From Salpingoeca rosetta (Eukaryota > Protista > Choanoflagellata): 64,000 bases of DNA. Positions 61,973-64,000 of this stretch are shown piece by piece (the first letter of the stretch is position 1; each line of letters opens with the position of its first letter). A program made the translations under genes and the position numbers. The notes beneath the pieces are model-generated. The model was not told the DNA's origin and searched no databases. It saw only the letters and a list, made by a program, of their open reading frames with translations. Location: contig JAWQFM010000014.1 in the NCBI GenBank assembly GCA_033442325.1, positions 1,018,391-1,082,390 of the forward strand. The letters run 5' to 3'.

Positions 61973-62545
61973 GCACACACACACACACGCACGCACACAC
62001 ACACACACACACACACGCACGCACACACGCACGCTCGCTCGACAAAGCTCATTGCCGACCCATGGTTGCCCGGCTGCGCCCTGTTCTGCGTCGTAGGGCC
62101 TGGGGAAGACGCTGCAAACCATCTCTTTGCTCGCGTATCTGCATGAACACAATCTCTCGCGTGGCGTGCACCTTGTCACCTGTCCGCTCAGCGTTCTCGG
62201 GTGCGTGGCAGTTACATCTCATCAGCTGGTTCCTGTTCGTCGCTGTTTGCCAATGCCACATGTTGGTTCTCTTTCCTCTTTTCCAAGTGTTGCCCTGTCG
62301 ACACACACACACACTCACTCACACACATGCATGTATGCACACACACATACGCGTTCACAAACCCATTGGTGCATGCGCAGGAGCTGGTCAAACGAGTTTA
62401 AGCGGTGGTGCCCGTCGCTGACGGTGCAGGTGTACCACGGGCCAGAGCGAGCCGCCGTTGCAAAGAAGCTGCGCAAAATTGCAAAGTCGGCTGCCCCCCC
62501 CACCACCCCAAATCATTGCTCCATTGTGCTCTTGATACACGTGTG

Positions 62546-62625
<80 letters not shown>

Positions 62626-63115
62626 GTGTTTGGTTGGGCCTGGAGAACAGCAAGCAGCAGCTGATTCTCAATCATCGCTGACTATGTGAGCGTGCGTGCG
62701 ACTGGCAGGACGGCAAGGCCGCAGGACTCCGTGCAGGTGCTGCTGACGACATACGAGATGGTGTCCAAGGACAAGCGCATGTTTCGCATCTTCAACTACG
62801 ACTGCGTTGTCGTCGACGAGGCACACCGCCTCAAGAATGAAAACTCGCAGGTGTGTGTGTGTGGGGGGGGGGGAGCTCTCGTGTTTGAGCTTGACACACC
62901 GAAGTGTTGCCACGCTATCGCCCTCACCCTCCAACTGTCATCCCTTCCCAACCTGCTTCATCGTGACCTCTTGTGTGCAGTTGTCGTTGAGCCTGCGGGC
63001 GCTCAAGTCGTCATTCCGCCTCCTCCTCACGGGAACGCCAATCCAGAACAACATGCACGAGCTCTGGTCCCTCCTCAACTTCCTCTTCCCACAGGTTGGC
63101 ACATGGTCTTGTGCG

Positions 63116-63195
<80 letters not shown>

Positions 63196-63850
63196 GAGCT
63201 TGGCGTTGCTTTTGGCACTCCCGCAAAGGGATTGCCTGTTTGTCCAAACAGAGCTCACGGTCATCCACCACACTACACCGCGACACCGCCAACTGCAGCT
63301 GTTTGGGGAGTCGACGACATTCGACACGCTGTTTGACGTCAAGACGGGGCACGCGGACAAGGACGTTCTCGCAAAGCTCCACTACGTGCGTTGGCTTGAT
63401 TCCAGCTATCACCTGCTCGCCAAAATGCGCAAACGAACTTCCATCCCTGCATGCGCGCGCACACACACACTGACTCGCTCACATACACACACACATACAC
63501 ACACTCTCTCTCACACACACACGCACACACGCACACACACCACACACACCACACACGCACACACTTGCTCGCTCGCTGGCAGATTTTGAAGCCGTTTACG
63601 CTGCGGCGGTTGAAGCAGGATGTGGAGAAGGCGCTGCCGGACAAGATTGAGACCAATCTGTACGTGACGCTGACAGACCTGCAGAAGAAGTACTACAAGG
63701 CGATACTGGAGAAGGACGTGCACGGCCTGCTGGCAGAGATGCGCGGGCGGTCGAAGACGCGCTTGCTCAACACCATCATGCAGCTGCGCAAGGCATGCAA
63801 CCACCCCTACCTCTTTGATGGCGTTGAGCCCGGCCCTCCATTCACAAACG
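60878..63850 (+). CDS. SNF2-family chromatin remodeler, ISWI/ALC1-like, 5' part (continues off the right edge)
   Basis: LRPYQLE, GILADEM|[83 protein letters not shown]. Confidence 0.95.
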
Positions 63851-64000
63851 GTGCGTTGCTCAACGTGTTCGTTGATGGAATGTGCACGCATGTGGTGCTG
63901 CGGCGTCCCCTTGTTCCAATTCCTGAGTCACAATCGAATCGCTGTTGGTGTTGGTTGCTGCCGATTGCTGCGCGCTGAATGACTGTGACACCCCCTTTGA

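Overview
Gene-dense, intron-rich eukaryotic DNA with (CA/GT)n-filled introns and poly-Q/acidic coding tracts. Style and gene content suggest a unicellular holozoan, probably the choanoflagellate Salpingoeca rosetta (inference, not a database result). Manual GT-AG exon stitching gives 13 genes, in order: TLC-domain membrane protein (5' part, -); C2HC-zinc-finger + actin-fragmin-kinase (-); CTC1 (+); 4-finger C2H2 transcription factor (+); LRR-EGF-TM-TKL receptor kinase (-); intronless bacterial-type GT4 glycosyltransferase (-); WH2-ankyrin-BTB protein (-); PP1 inhibitor-3 (-); NBR1-FW-like protein with a repeated motif (+); degenerate DH-PH(-SH3) protein (-), head-to-head with a C2-DH-PH PLEKHG5/6/7-like RhoGEF (+); coiled-coil protein (+); 5' part of an ISWI/ALC1-type SNF2 remodeler (+). 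A ~300-bp random-looking segment (2513-2810) sits where exons of the actin-fragmin kinase are missing. Most ORF-track entries are microsatellite artefacts. No rRNA, tRNA, CRISPR array or intact mobile element was seen. I found no clear self-contained novel multi-gene system; the best leads are unusual domain architectures.
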